From Peptococcaceae bacterium BRH_c4a (GTDB lineage Bacteria > Bacillota > Desulfotomaculia > Desulfotomaculales > Desulfocucumaceae), in assembly GCA_000961585.1 (NCBI GenBank), contig LADN01000053.1, positions 438-64,437 of the forward strand: 64,000 nucleotides of DNA. The letters are read 5' to 3'. A program made the position numbers and the translations under genes. Position 1 is the stretch's first letter. Each line of letters starts with the position of its first letter. Positions 52,295 through 62,084 of this stretch are shown in pieces. The notes below the pieces were generated by a model. It ran no database searches, was not told the origin of the DNA, and was given only the letters and a program-made list of their open reading frames with translations.

Positions 52295-54313
52295 TCAGGG
52301 ATAAATCAATAGTTTTTTTAAAAAATTGGAAAGGAGCACCATGGGGTCTTCTTCCCCTGACGGTCGGCAGTAAAAAAATCTATCGGCAGGGATGCCAATG
52401 GAATCCAATATTTTTACGGCCCCGGCCACGACCCCCTGCATGGTTTCCCCACCGGCGCCGTGCCGGCAGAGGCCTTCCCCGCAGGCAATTACAGCAACCC
52501 CGGCCGCTCCCCGCTCAAAGGCCTTTAAAATCCACTCCAGCCGAAGGGCCCCGGCAGTCGGCAATTCCACCACCACGGCCCGCTCCAGGCCCGGTGCGGT
52601 TTTCAATGTCACCATATCAATACCGCCGCAGGATCCCCGGCAGGTAAACACCGCCAGGGCCGGTTGGTGGTCGGAAAGACCATCGAAACACAGCAACCGG
52701 TCCACGGTTTTTTCGTCCAGCAGACCCATGGTAATAGCCAGGGCCGGGCAGGCCGCCGCACATATGCCGCAAGCCTGGCAGCCTTCGGCAGATATGCCGG
52801 CCCGCCCCTCCATCACCGGAACACCATAGGGACATACTCTCAGACAGGTAAGGCAGGATGAACATTTTTCACCCATCACCTCTGCCCCAAGACCGCAGCT
52901 AAGGCAGCGGCCCGCTTCACAAAGGGCTGATTCTTCACTGAAACCCAACTCGTAGGGTAAGAAATCTGCCCTTCTCATATGGGGCGGCTTCACAGGCATC
53001 TCCTGACGTATGCGGCGGGGCACCCTCCGGGCCACCTCGGACGGCAGGGGACCTATAACTTCATGCTTTTCAGCCGGCCAATCAAAACCCCGGCCGCTCA
53101 GGTATCTGTTTACAGCCCCGGCGATCCGGTGGCCCGATGCCACCGCCCCGATGGCCGGGCCCGGCCCGGTGGCTATCTCACCGCAAACAAAAACACCGTC
53201 ACCGGCTAAAAGACCTTTTTTATCCACGGCAGGGCAGCCCCGGGAATCCTTTTCAAGGCCGCTTCCCTCCATGAAGGACTGGTCCGGGGCCTGGCCTATG
53301 GACAGTATCACAGTGTCCCCGGGTATATTTAAAAAAATGGGATGGAAGGTGGGATTGAATTTACCTTCCCGGTCAAATACCGACTTAACCTTCTGAACCC
53401 TGAGACCGGTAATGGCACCGCTCTCCAACGTAATCTCCACGGGGCCGTAGCCCGGCAGCAGCTCCACCCCTTCAGCCAGGGCATCCTCCACCTCCCAGGA
53501 ATGGGCCGGCATCTCCTCCCGGGATTCCAGGCAGGTTGCCACCACACCGGAGACACCCAGGCGCAGGGCGGTGCGGGCCACGTCCATGGCCACATCCCCA
53601 CCCCCTATGACCACAGCCCGGGTCCCCATGGGGAGCTTTTCTCCGGAATTGGCCATTTTCAGAAAGGGCAGGGCCGATAATACCCCGGGGTGGTCAAAGC
53701 CCGGCAATTTTAGACCGCGCCCGGCCCAAAGACCCACACCCAGTATTACAGCGTCATACTCAGATCTCAGCCCTTCCACCGTTATGTCCCTGCCCACCTC
53801 AACCCCGGCCCGCAGCTCAACCCCGGCCCCCAGTATCCCGTCAATATCCCTCCGGAGAGCTTCCCGGGGAAGCCTGTAAACAGGCAGAGAGGCAAACAGA
53901 TGTCCGCCGGGCTCGGGATGCCGGTCATAAACAACCACCCGGTGCCCCAGACGGACAAGATCATAGGCGGCGGTAAGCCCTGCCGGGCCCGCTCCCACCA
54001 CGGCCACCCGTCTCCCGGTACCGGGGCTGACTGTAACTTCCGGGGCGACTTTGCCGGCCGACTCCACAGCAAACCTCTTCAGGTCACGTATGGCCAGAGG
54101 AGAGTCCACCGTCCCCCTGCGGCAGGAGTCCTCGCAGGGATGGGGGCATACCCAGGCGCAAACCGAGGGAAAGGGATTATTGTCGCTTATCAGTCGGTAA
54201 GCTTCTATGTAGTCCCGTCTTGCTATGGCCGCCAGGTAACCGCGGACATCGGTATTGACCGGACAGGCGCCGGTGCAGGGAGGAAGTATACTGACCACTG
54301 GCTGTACCTCCAT
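52295..54313 (-). CDS. GltD/NfnB-like NAD(P)H-dependent flavin oxidoreductase fused to ferredoxin clusters and an MvhD-like domain
   Basis: About 672 aa from ATG 54313 (the ORF is open to TTG 54379, so the start is uncertain). CTGACPVNTDVRGY and PFPSVCAWVCPHPCEDSC. Dinucleotide folds VGAGPAGL and VIGGGDVAMD. CSSCLTCLRVCP and CQACGICAAACP clusters. The C-terminal FTCRGSCGG...IACGEGLCRH resembles MvhD/FlpD. Confidence 0.7.
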   Translation of the reverse strand: MEVQPVVSILPPCTGACPVNTDVRGYLAAIARRDYIEAYRLISDNNPFPSVCAWVCPHPCEDSCRRGTVDSPLAIRDLKRFAVESAGKVAPEVTVSPGTGRRVAVVGAGPAGLTAAYDLVRLGHRVVVYDRHPEPGGHLFASLPVYRLPREALRRDIDGILGAGVELRAGVEVGRDITVEGLRSEYDAVILGVGLWAGRGLKLPGFDHPGVLSALPFLKMANSGEKLPMGTRAVVIGGGDVAMDVARTALRLGVSGVVATCLESREEMPAHSWEVEDALAEGVELLPGYGPVEITLESGAITGLRVQKVKSVFDREGKFNPTFHPIFLNIPGDTVILSIGQAPDQSFMEGSGLEKDSRGCPAVDKKGLLAGDGVFVCGEIATGPGPAIGAVASGHRIAGAVNRYLSGRGFDWPAEKHEVIGPLPSEVARRVPRRIRQEMPVKPPHMRRADFLPYELGFSEESALCEAGRCLSCGLGAEVMGEKCSSCLTCLRVCPYGVPVMEGRAGISAEGCQACGICAAACPALAITMGLLDEKTVDRLLCFDGLSDHQPALAVFTCRGSCGGIDMVTLKTAPGLERAVVVELPTAGALRLEWILKAFERGAAGVAVIACGEGLCRHGAGGETMQGVVAGAVKILDSIGIPADRFFYCRPSGEEDPMVLLSNFLKKLLIYP

Positions 54314-54339
54314 AATTGCTATTATATTTATAGATAGTG

Positions 54340-55518
54340 CTAAAATTTTTCGGCCAGAGCCGCCCCGAAGTCCTCGCAACTCCTGAGATCTTCGGCCTCG
54401 GGGTCGTATTGCATTTTAATGCCGTCCATAACCACATCTATTCCCGATCCCTTAAGCCTATCCTCAATGATCTTTACCGACTCGCCGCTCCAGCCGTACG
54501 ACCCAAAGGCCGCCCCTATTTTATTTTTGAACTGCAGCCCTTTGATTATCTCCAGAATGGCCGCCGTTGAGTTCAGTATGCCCCTGTTGATGGTGGAACT
54601 GCCCACAATAACTCCCCTGGACTTGAATACCTCGGTAATCAGATCGTTCTTGTCGCATTTTCCCACGTTAAAGGTCTTGACTCCCACCCCTCTGTCGCCC
54701 AAACCCTTTGCAATGGACAGTGCCATCTTTTTGGTGGCGCCCCACATGGTATCGTACAGGACCACCGCAGTACCCTCGTTATAATCACTGGCCCACTGCT
54801 GGTATTTGTAAACTATCTGAAGGGGGTTGTCCCTCCAGATTATGCCGTGACTGGGGGCAATCATTTCAATGGGCAGGTTTAAATCCAGCACCTCCTTTAT
54901 CTTGGCTCTGGCCTGCCTGCTGAAGGGAGTCAGAATGTTGGCGTAGTACTTAATGGCCTCCTGGAATAATTCTCCCTGGTCCACCTGGTCGTTATAAAGG
55001 TACGGTGAGGCATAGTGCTGCCCAAAGGCATCATTGGACAAAAGCACGTTGGCTCCCGAAACAAAGGTGGCCATGGAATCCGGCCAGTGAAGCATGGGCA
55101 TCTCCACAAACACCAGCCTGTTCTCCCCCAGGTCCACACTGTCACCGGTCTTGACCACGTTGAAGTTCCAGTCCTTGTGGAAATGCTTTTTGATCATCAT
55201 AGCCCCATTTTTGGTGCAGTAAATGGGTGTTTCCGGTATCTTTTCCATCAGGTAGGCCAGGCTGCCGGCGTGGTCCTGCTCGGTGTGGTTGACAACTATC
55301 AGACTTATGTTTTTCAGTCCTATCTCTCTTTCCAGGTCCTCCACGAAACCCTCGTGAAAGGGGGTCCAGACGGTGTCCACCAGCGCCACCTTGCTGTCCC
55401 TGATCAAATATGAATTATAGGTGGATCCCCGGTGGGTGGAGTATTCTTCCCCGTGAAACCTCTTTATCTCCCAGTCCTTTACCCCTACCCAGTAAACACT
55501 GTCCTTTAATTTCATCAA
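54340..55518 (-). CDS. fprA: Flavodiiron protein (FprA-type O2/NO reductase)
   Basis: 392 aa. N-terminal MBL-like di-iron domain (VNHTEQDHAGSL, HWPDSM) and a C-terminal flavodoxin domain (VVLYDTMWGATKKMA...GSSTINRG). Confidence 0.9.
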   Translation of the reverse strand: MMKLKDSVYWVGVKDWEIKRFHGEEYSTHRGSTYNSYLIRDSKVALVDTVWTPFHEGFVEDLEREIGLKNISLIVVNHTEQDHAGSLAYLMEKIPETPIYCTKNGAMMIKKHFHKDWNFNVVKTGDSVDLGENRLVFVEMPMLHWPDSMATFVSGANVLLSNDAFGQHYASPYLYNDQVDQGELFQEAIKYYANILTPFSRQARAKIKEVLDLNLPIEMIAPSHGIIWRDNPLQIVYKYQQWASDYNEGTAVVLYDTMWGATKKMALSIAKGLGDRGVGVKTFNVGKCDKNDLITEVFKSRGVIVGSSTINRGILNSTAAILEIIKGLQFKNKIGAAFGSYGWSGESVKIIEDRLKGSGIDVVMDGIKMQYDPEAEDLRSCEDFGAALAEKF

Positions 55519-55832
55519 AGTAATCCGGCTCCTTTAATACTTAATATACCAAAAATACAGACTGATGAATATGCGTAAAGTCACAGTAGCAATTATATCA
55601 GAAGTTTTATCTGTAAATAATTTTTCCCGTGGGAGAAATTATATGCCCTATCCCGGTGCTAATTAATACAGTACATATTGACACGCTATTTTATACCTCA
55701 CAGTGGGCTGGTGCTATAAAATAAAAGTGGTTACGGGGGCAACAGCCAGGGCCACTTCTTTCAAATATTCCATAGTAAATTCGGAGGTGTTGACCCGGAG
55801 AAGAGTTCCGTCCGGGTCAACAAGCACTGCTT

Positions 55833-56846
55833 TTAACACTTACCCACATCCCTTAGGACTTCCTTAACCCGGTCCATTCCCAGTCGATCAACCATGGCGG
55901 CAAAGCGTTCGCCGTCCATTCCCTCTGCCCTGAAAAGCCGCACAGCCCCCTCCAGTACTGCCTTGATCCTTTGCTCATCAGCCAGTTCCAGTACCACCTC
56001 GGCCAGACGGGGGTGCCTGCCCAGCTTACCCCCGGCCATAACCCGGTAACCGCTGTCCGCCTCCCGGACGGCATCGGCCGGGCAGGAACGAATACACTGG
56101 CCGCAGTTCTGACACCGGGAGTAGTCGAAAACCGGGCCGTCCTCCCTTACGCTGACCGCCTTCTCGGCGCATACCCCGGCACACAGACCACATCCGGTAC
56201 AATGTCCCTCCCCCCTGCCCGGCACCGATTGTCCCACTACCCCGAAGTCTACGATCTGAGGTTGAGAGCAGGAATTGGGACAGCCGGACACAGTCACTCT
56301 GAATTTATGGTGAAACAGAACCGGGCCGTCAATCCCGCCCGCAATGTGGCGGTCTAATCCGGATGCATTGAGAACCCCGGCCAGAGCCGTTGATACAGCC
56401 CTGTCATCAATAAGGCTCAGAGGGCAACCGGCGGCACCCCCGCACACTCTTACCTCGTGGTGTGGCGTCTTCAGGCCCTCTACGGACACACCCTTTTCCA
56501 CCAGATCCTCTATTCCGGACAGTTCTCCCGCTGTAAGGACACCCCCGGCCTTCTCCCGGGAATGCTGGCCCGAATCAGCCTGACCGCCTGCCAGGGCACG
56601 GCGGGCCAGGGTTACATCATAACCGGTAACCAGCCGCCCTCCCTGATCCCTGACAAACTCCTCTATCTGTTTCTTTACTCTTTTTCTAATAAAAAATGGA
56701 ACCCTTTCCAGCCTTTCCCGGGCATCGGCTTCCCAGTCCACAAAACCCCCTCCTTCAACGATTTTTGGTACAGTATACACGCCCCGGATGGGTGTAACAA
56801 TGAGCTGTATCACACCCATCCGGCTGATTTTATTGATTAATTGCAC
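55833..56846 (-). CDS. Fe-S protein with a sulfite/nitrite-reductase-like ferredoxin half-domain and an N-terminal PCP-reductase-type motif
   Basis: 337-aa ORF whose true start is probably internal. ERVPFFIRKRVKKQIEEF..., VSGCPNSCSQPQIVDFGVVG, CTGCGLCAGVCAEKAV, CQNCGQCIRSCPADAV. The family assignment is tentative. Confidence 0.4.
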   Translation of the reverse strand: MQLINKISRMGVIQLIVTPIRGVYTVPKIVEGGGFVDWEADARERLERVPFFIRKRVKKQIEEFVRDQGGRLVTGYDVTLARRALAGGQADSGQHSREKAGGVLTAGELSGIEDLVEKGVSVEGLKTPHHEVRVCGGAAGCPLSLIDDRAVSTALAGVLNASGLDRHIAGGIDGPVLFHHKFRVTVSGCPNSCSQPQIVDFGVVGQSVPGRGEGHCTGCGLCAGVCAEKAVSVREDGPVFDYSRCQNCGQCIRSCPADAVREADSGYRVMAGGKLGRHPRLAEVVLELADEQRIKAVLEGAVRLFRAEGMDGERFAAMVDRLGMDRVKEVLRDVGKC

Positions 56847-58351
56847 GTTTCATTCTTAGTGACCTCACATACCGGTAGAATAACTGTAAATTTCGTTCCC
56901 TCTCCTAGCACGCTGGACACCTTTAGCTCTCCCTTGTGATCGTTGACAATCCTGTTGGAAATAGCCAGGCCTAATCCAGTTCCTTCTTCCTTGGTACTGA
57001 AAAACGGGTCGAAAATTTTTGTTATTATATCTTCGGGGATACATTCACCATTATCGATAAAATCAATATTTATGTATGAATGGTCGCTAACCGGGTAAGA
57101 TTTAATGGTGAGATCACCACTTGCTGTCATGGCTTGGAAAGCATTTCTGATTATATTTAAAAAAACCTGGGCAAGTTCATCTTTATCTCCATTAATCGAA
57201 GGAAGTGATTCTTCCAAGTATTTTTTTATACTAATTTCTCTTTGTAAAGATTCATTGGTCATTAGCATAATAACTTCATTTAGTAGTTCATTTATATTTA
57301 TTAAACTGATCGTTTTCTTTTGAGGCTTGGCCAAATCCAAGAAACTTGAAATAATCTTATTGATACGATCCACCTCAGATAAGAGAAGTTGCATATAAGA
57401 GTCAAAACAATCAACACCCTTTTCCAAACTCTTATCATGAATAAATTGTATAATACCCCTAATTGTAGTTAATGGGTTTCGTATTTCATGTGCAGTCCCT
57501 GCCGCCAGCTCTCCGATGGCTTTAAGCTTTTCACTTCTAGCCAACTGTGACTCGATATTTTTTATATGGGATATGTTTTTAAAAACAAGTATTGTTCCAT
57601 ATATTTCATTGAAGTCGTTCCTTAAAAGATGGGTATCGCAAATGAAATGATTTTGATTACCGTTAATCAATAAAACCAACTCATAATCTCTAATTTCGGT
57701 ATTATTCTTTAATGAATCCAGTATATACACCCAATCGCCTTCAAAATTCTCTATAAATTTCGCATATGGTTCGCCATAGAAATCATTTTGCGAAACGCTG
57801 AAACAATGTTCTGCATATTTATTAAACATGTTGATTTTAAGATTTTTGTCAACTGCAATAACGCCAGTGTTAATTGAATCCAAAATTATCTCTGATTTTT
57901 GTAAAAGTTCACCATAGTTTACATCGGTTGTTATGTCAGCAATTGTGCAAACAGCTCCCAAGCGAACCTGACTGTCACCAAAAATGGGATAGATATTAAT
58001 CTTGACAGGTATCTTTTTCTTGTTGAGTTTAAGGTTATCCCGGTATTCAGTTGCCGGAATCCCAAAATCCAAAATCTTGTTCAAGGCCTTATCCGTAAAG
58101 CTTAGATCTTCAAAAGTTATGTTATTTAATTCATTTTCCGTAATTGGCGGATGTGTCATATTACAGAAAAATTTATTTACCATAACTATTCTCCCCTGAT
58201 AATCTATAACAATAATAGGTTGGGGAATCCGGTACAGAATATTTTTTGAGATATTCTTTATAGCCTCCGGGGATGATGGGTCAAGGGCATTTCCAACGAC
58301 CATAGTAAGGGGAAATGATTGTAGGTCTGGCATGGAAACGGAGTATTTCAA
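56837..58351 (-). CDS. Cytoplasmic PAS-domain sensor histidine kinase (orphan)
   Basis: 504 aa with PAS-like repeats, H-box [20 protein letters not shown]-box [10 protein letters not shown], and G-boxes DNGECIP / GTGLGLAI. No adjacent response regulator. Confidence 0.85.
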   Translation of the reverse strand: MKYSVSMPDLQSFPLTMVVGNALDPSSPEAIKNISKNILYRIPQPIIVIDYQGRIVMVNKFFCNMTHPPITENELNNITFEDLSFTDKALNKILDFGIPATEYRDNLKLNKKKIPVKINIYPIFGDSQVRLGAVCTIADITTDVNYGELLQKSEIILDSINTGVIAVDKNLKINMFNKYAEHCFSVSQNDFYGEPYAKFIENFEGDWVYILDSLKNNTEIRDYELVLLINGNQNHFICDTHLLRNDFNEIYGTILVFKNISHIKNIESQLARSEKLKAIGELAAGTAHEIRNPLTTIRGIIQFIHDKSLEKGVDCFDSYMQLLLSEVDRINKIISSFLDLAKPQKKTISLININELLNEVIMLMTNESLQREISIKKYLEESLPSINGDKDELAQVFLNIIRNAFQAMTASGDLTIKSYPVSDHSYINIDFIDNGECIPEDIITKIFDPFFSTKEEGTGLGLAISNRIVNDHKGELKVSSVLGEGTKFTVILPVCEVTKNETCN

Positions 58352-58629
58352 ATAACTGTCTCCTTTCTTTTCAACCTTATAAAAGATTTTAAAATTCCAA
58401 TGTTGTTGCGGGCTTTTTGCATATATTCCTTAACGGTTTTATTAACTTCTTCGATCCTCTATGATCCGATCACTGTTAGCCATATTACATTGCAGCATTT
58501 CAGTGTTATTACTTCCCAGACTATAGGTATAATAGCATATTTCAAATATAATTGAAAACAACAACTCTTACGCACATAAAACGGGCTTTCCTTTTGACCA
58601 ATTCTCGGCAGGCTCAAAGGTGCTCTCAT

Positions 58630-58688
58630 AAAAAAAGAGGTTGGACCTTTTGAAAATGGCCTTAGCCAACTTCAAAAGGTCCAACCTC
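58630..58688 (-). terminator. Intrinsic terminator of the polyferredoxin operon
   Basis: Perfect 18-bp arms GAGGTTGGACCTTTTGAA / TTCAAAAGGTCCAACCTC, followed by TTTTTTT on the minus strand. Confidence 0.8.
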
Positions 58689-58743
58689 AAACTTCCAATG
58701 TCTGCTTCCAAATTTCGCCCTCTATCCATGCCGGATGAGTCTT

Positions 58744-58778
58744 ATTCTGAATACTGTCTTCTGTCTCCTGAATTCTGA
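58744..58778. repeat. Heptamer tract between the polyferredoxin stop codon and its terminator
   Basis: ATTCTGA ATACTGT CTTCTGT CTCCTGA ATTCTGA. The reverse complement shares 20 identical nt with 16808-16827. Confidence 0.8.
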
Positions 58779-58807
58779 CGGGAAAAGCCTTCTGATAAGC
58801 GTCAGCG

Positions 58808-60151
58808 TCACATCCTCATACTCATCGGCAGCGTGAACAGGTAGATATTGAAGGCCGCCAGCAGTATCAGCAGCACTGCGTACGGAACCAGGGAAGCTGT
58901 GCTTTTTCCGGCCTCACCAAACCAGTTCTTGCTTATCTTGTAGGCGGTGAACAGGGAGGCTGCCAGGCCCAATACGATCAGGGCGAACTGCATTATTTGT
59001 ATTGTTGCTTCCGGGAAAAATCCTGGGCTGCCGCCTTTATAGCCGGGTACCAGTAAGGCTATGCCTGTGTGCAGCACTGTTTTTCCTTCGGCCAGCAGGT
59101 GGAAGAGGTTGTGAGCCAGGTGTCCCGCCAGGTCCAGCGGTATAAGGGCATATCCGAAAATAGTAAGGTTGGATATGGCTTTTTCCCTGTTGCTTACCCC
59201 TGCCAGCCAACTGGTTGCGTAAAATGCCAGAACGGGAACGGCCATGGCGATTATAAAGGTGATGGTAAAGGTCACTGTATAGCTGGAGGTGCCTGTCAGC
59301 CCCTCTATAATCTTTTGGGCATCCTCCCAGAGTTCCAGCATGGTAATGTTCTGCACAAACACTATGCCCATTATAATAATAGCCAGGAAGGACTCTTCAA
59401 TTTTGGGCTTCCTTACATACCACAGTTCCTTCGAGGGTATGCGGGCGGTCAGGACCACAGAGTCGTTGGGGCAAGTCTTGACACAGTTGCCGCACAGGTT
59501 GCACTTAGCGCTGGAGTCCATTACACCGGGCATCTCAAACATGGGGCACCCGGCAACATTGTCCTTACCCTTGTAGCAATACTTGTCCTTGCATTTCTTA
59601 CAGTTTTCACTTTTAGCCCTGAGCTCTAAAAGCCCTGACCTGGAATAGTTGCCCGAAAGCCCTCCCAGGAAGCAGAGGTAGCGGCACCAGGTTCTGCGCT
59701 CGAAGAAGGCCCCGGAAACAATCACACCGGTGATAATGATCATCAGCAGAACCCCTGACCCCAGCGGTGATTCGACTATTCCGAAGACATGGTCGGCCCA
59801 GGTTATCAGTATAAACATGGCGTCGATTATCCATATGCCGTATTTCTTTAAAAACACCGGCACCGTCCTTTTGTTCCTCACCCATTTCTGGACAATATCA
59901 CTGAGGGTGGCGAAGGGGCAGATTGCGCACCAGAACCTGCCCATCAACAGGAAAATAAGCGGGATAATGGGCCACCACAAAACCCAGGTCATGGCGGTGC
60001 CGAAATTTTCGTGCGCCGACATCGGGCCGTAAAGCAGCTGGTATACCACCACCGCAAACACAAAGGCAGTGGGCCATTGTATTATGGCAGGAAAAAGGCT
60101 GCTTTTTACAAATGCTTTTAATGACCGGATATCAAGTAAATTACCCTTCAT
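58808..60151 (-). CDS. NapH/MauN/NosR-like integral-membrane polyferredoxin
   Basis: 447 aa. CxxCP motifs in membrane loops (RFWCAICPFATL, RTWCRYLCFLGG) plus 4Fe-4S motifs (CKKCKDKYC, CNLCGNCVKTCP), and extra C-terminal TM helices. Confidence 0.65.
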   Translation of the reverse strand: MKGNLLDIRSLKAFVKSSLFPAIIQWPTAFVFAVVVYQLLYGPMSAHENFGTAMTWVLWWPIIPLIFLLMGRFWCAICPFATLSDIVQKWVRNKRTVPVFLKKYGIWIIDAMFILITWADHVFGIVESPLGSGVLLMIIITGVIVSGAFFERRTWCRYLCFLGGLSGNYSRSGLLELRAKSENCKKCKDKYCYKGKDNVAGCPMFEMPGVMDSSAKCNLCGNCVKTCPNDSVVLTARIPSKELWYVRKPKIEESFLAIIIMGIVFVQNITMLELWEDAQKIIEGLTGTSSYTVTFTITFIIAMAVPVLAFYATSWLAGVSNREKAISNLTIFGYALIPLDLAGHLAHNLFHLLAEGKTVLHTGIALLVPGYKGGSPGFFPEATIQIMQFALIVLGLAASLFTAYKISKNWFGEAGKSTASLVPYAVLLILLAAFNIYLFTLPMSMRM

Positions 60152-60154
60152 CCC

Positions 60155-60523
60155 TTACACCCCCTGCCCCAATTTCTTTTTCATTATTATCGCCGCAATT
60201 ATTATCAGTCCGTTGAAGATGGTAAACCCGGTCACTATGCCGTTTTTCACCGGCTGAAGAACATTGGGCCCGGATTCCCCGCCGCGGCCCGCTGACTGGT
60301 GCTCCCCGGCCGAAGACTTTTCACTGACGGCTGCTGGTCCATGCCGGTCATGGCCCGAACCGGACGGATCGTTCATGTTCTGGCCGGTTGCCGGGGCGCT
60401 TGCATGGGATGAAGGAGCGGCGCCGCCTCCATGGCCGTCGTGGCTGGTTTCAGCGTACAAAGCCAGCGGGAACAAGGCCAGCAAAAGAATGACCGTCACT
60501 GCGACAAACCTCAAATACCTCAT
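60155..60523 (-). CDS. Secreted His/Gly/Ser-rich protein with a C-terminal membrane anchor
   Basis: 122 aa. Signal peptide (...LALYAETS), a low-complexity His-rich segment (SHDGHGGG...SSHAS...GHDRHG...GEHQS), and C-terminal TM FNGLIIIAAIIM. Its stop lies 3 nt from the polyferredoxin start. Confidence 0.4.
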   Translation of the reverse strand: MRYLRFVAVTVILLLALFPLALYAETSHDGHGGGAAPSSHASAPATGQNMNDPSGSGHDRHGPAAVSEKSSAGEHQSAGRGGESGPNVLQPVKNGIVTGFTIFNGLIIIAAIIMKKKLGQGV

Positions 60524-60697
60524 TCTATCACCTCTACAATAAACATACTGATTTCATTTTAAATCATGATTTTAACGAACCAGTCACAAAAAAATCACAT
60601 TTGTGTCACAAATGCTTTGTCGTATATTGTCAAAATAAAAAGGATTATACCACGAAAGCATAATCCTTGGATAATTTTGCCAAAAACTGCCGGTATT

Positions 60698-61240
60698 TTA
60701 CTTTAACAGTTCTGCAATCTCTTTTTCGCTGAAGGGGCCTACCTTGGTCCTGATCACCTCTCCTCTCTCATTCAATATAAAGCTGGCCGGAATGCCTTTG
60801 ACTCCATAAAGAGCTGTAACCGAGCCCTTATGATCCAGCAGCACCGGGAAGGTGAAACCATTGGAGTCTATATAGCTTTTTACCTTCTGGGTACTCTGCT
60901 CAGAGCTGGTAATATTAATGGTCAGAACCTGCCAGTTTTTAGCCTTGCCCTGTTGGTGCAGTATCTGGAGCAGCGGCATTTCTTCCTTGCAGTAGCCGCA
61001 CCAGGTGGTCCAGAAATTTATCAGCACCTTTTTTCCCCTTTGATCACTGAGCCGGACCTCCTTCCCGTCCAGATCCGGCAGGGTAAAGTCCGAAGCCGTT
61101 ACGGCGGCGGAAGTATTCTGCTCCGGTGTTTGCATTCCTTGCCGAAGGTCCGTCTTGCCGCTGCTGCCCTGGAAATGCCATAAACCAAAAACAGCAGAAA
61201 GTAAAAGCACTCCCAACAAAATTTTATTTATTGTTTTCAT
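60698..61240 (-). CDS. TlpA/ResA-family membrane-anchored thiol-disulfide oxidoreductase
   Basis: 180 aa. N-terminal anchor, thioredoxin fold with WTTWCGYCKEEMP and a GIPASFIL cis-Pro loop. Confidence 0.85.
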   Translation of the reverse strand: MKTINKILLGVLLLSAVFGLWHFQGSSGKTDLRQGMQTPEQNTSAAVTASDFTLPDLDGKEVRLSDQRGKKVLINFWTTWCGYCKEEMPLLQILHQQGKAKNWQVLTINITSSEQSTQKVKSYIDSNGFTFPVLLDHKGSVTALYGVKGIPASFILNERGEVIRTKVGPFSEKEIAELLK

Positions 61241-61251
61241 AGCTGCCCCCT

Positions 61252-61950
61252 TTAAAAGGTTAAGTATATCCCCAGAAGATAAAATTTATTGAGAAACATT
61301 AAAAGCCCCAGAATAATCAGCAGAAAGCCGCTTATCCGAAGGAGTGTGCCGGAATGCCTGGTGAGCACCCCTTGCAGGCCCGGAAGCCGGTCAAAGGCAA
61401 AGCCCAATACGACGAATGGAACGGCCATGCCCAGTGAGTATGAGGCCAGAAGCAACCCACCCCGGGACGCCGCCCCGGTTACCGCCGCCAGCGTGAGAAT
61501 GGAAGCCAGGACCGGTCCTACGCAGGGTGTCCACCCCAAACCAAAGGTCATCCCCATAAAAAAAGATCCAAGCCTGCCCCGGCGGCGAAAACCCTCCAGG
61601 GGCAGCCAGTGCCTGGCAAAGGGCGGCAGCCTCAGCAACCCGGCGTGGTTCAGGCCCATCAGGATGACAAAGGCCCCTCCCGCCTTAAGAAGAATGTCCC
61701 TATTGAACATGATAAATTTTCCCAGTATACCGGTGGCTGCGCCCAGTCCCACGAAAACCAGGGTAAAACCCGAGACAAATATCATGGCCTGAAGGAAAAC
61801 ACCCGGAGTAAAGCCATGATTCCCCCTTGATAGGGCGGCGCCCTCAGCCAGTTGGGCGACGTAGACCGGCAGAAGGGGTAAAACACAGGGTGACAGGAAA
61901 GAAAGCAGTCCCGCCAGAAAGGCAGCCGCCAATGATATTTCCATACCCAT
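61252..61950 (-). CDS. ccdA: CcdA/DsbD-type transmembrane thiol-electron transporter
   Basis: 232 aa with 6 TM helices. LSFLSPCVLPLLPVY and GWTPCVGPVL are the conserved Cys motifs. Confidence 0.85.
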   Translation of the reverse strand: MGMEISLAAAFLAGLLSFLSPCVLPLLPVYVAQLAEGAALSRGNHGFTPGVFLQAMIFVSGFTLVFVGLGAATGILGKFIMFNRDILLKAGGAFVILMGLNHAGLLRLPPFARHWLPLEGFRRRGRLGSFFMGMTFGLGWTPCVGPVLASILTLAAVTGAASRGGLLLASYSLGMAVPFVVLGFAFDRLPGLQGVLTRHSGTLLRISGFLLIILGLLMFLNKFYLLGIYLTF

Positions 61951-62084
61951 TCAGATACCCCCCTTTATCCCGATTAAAACAGGCCGCCCTACAATCGGGA
62001 CAGCCTGCTTCACTTACGGATCATACACTTAATTATTATAGTCAGAATCAGTGAGAATGTCCATCCCCCCAGGGGTATAGGGTT

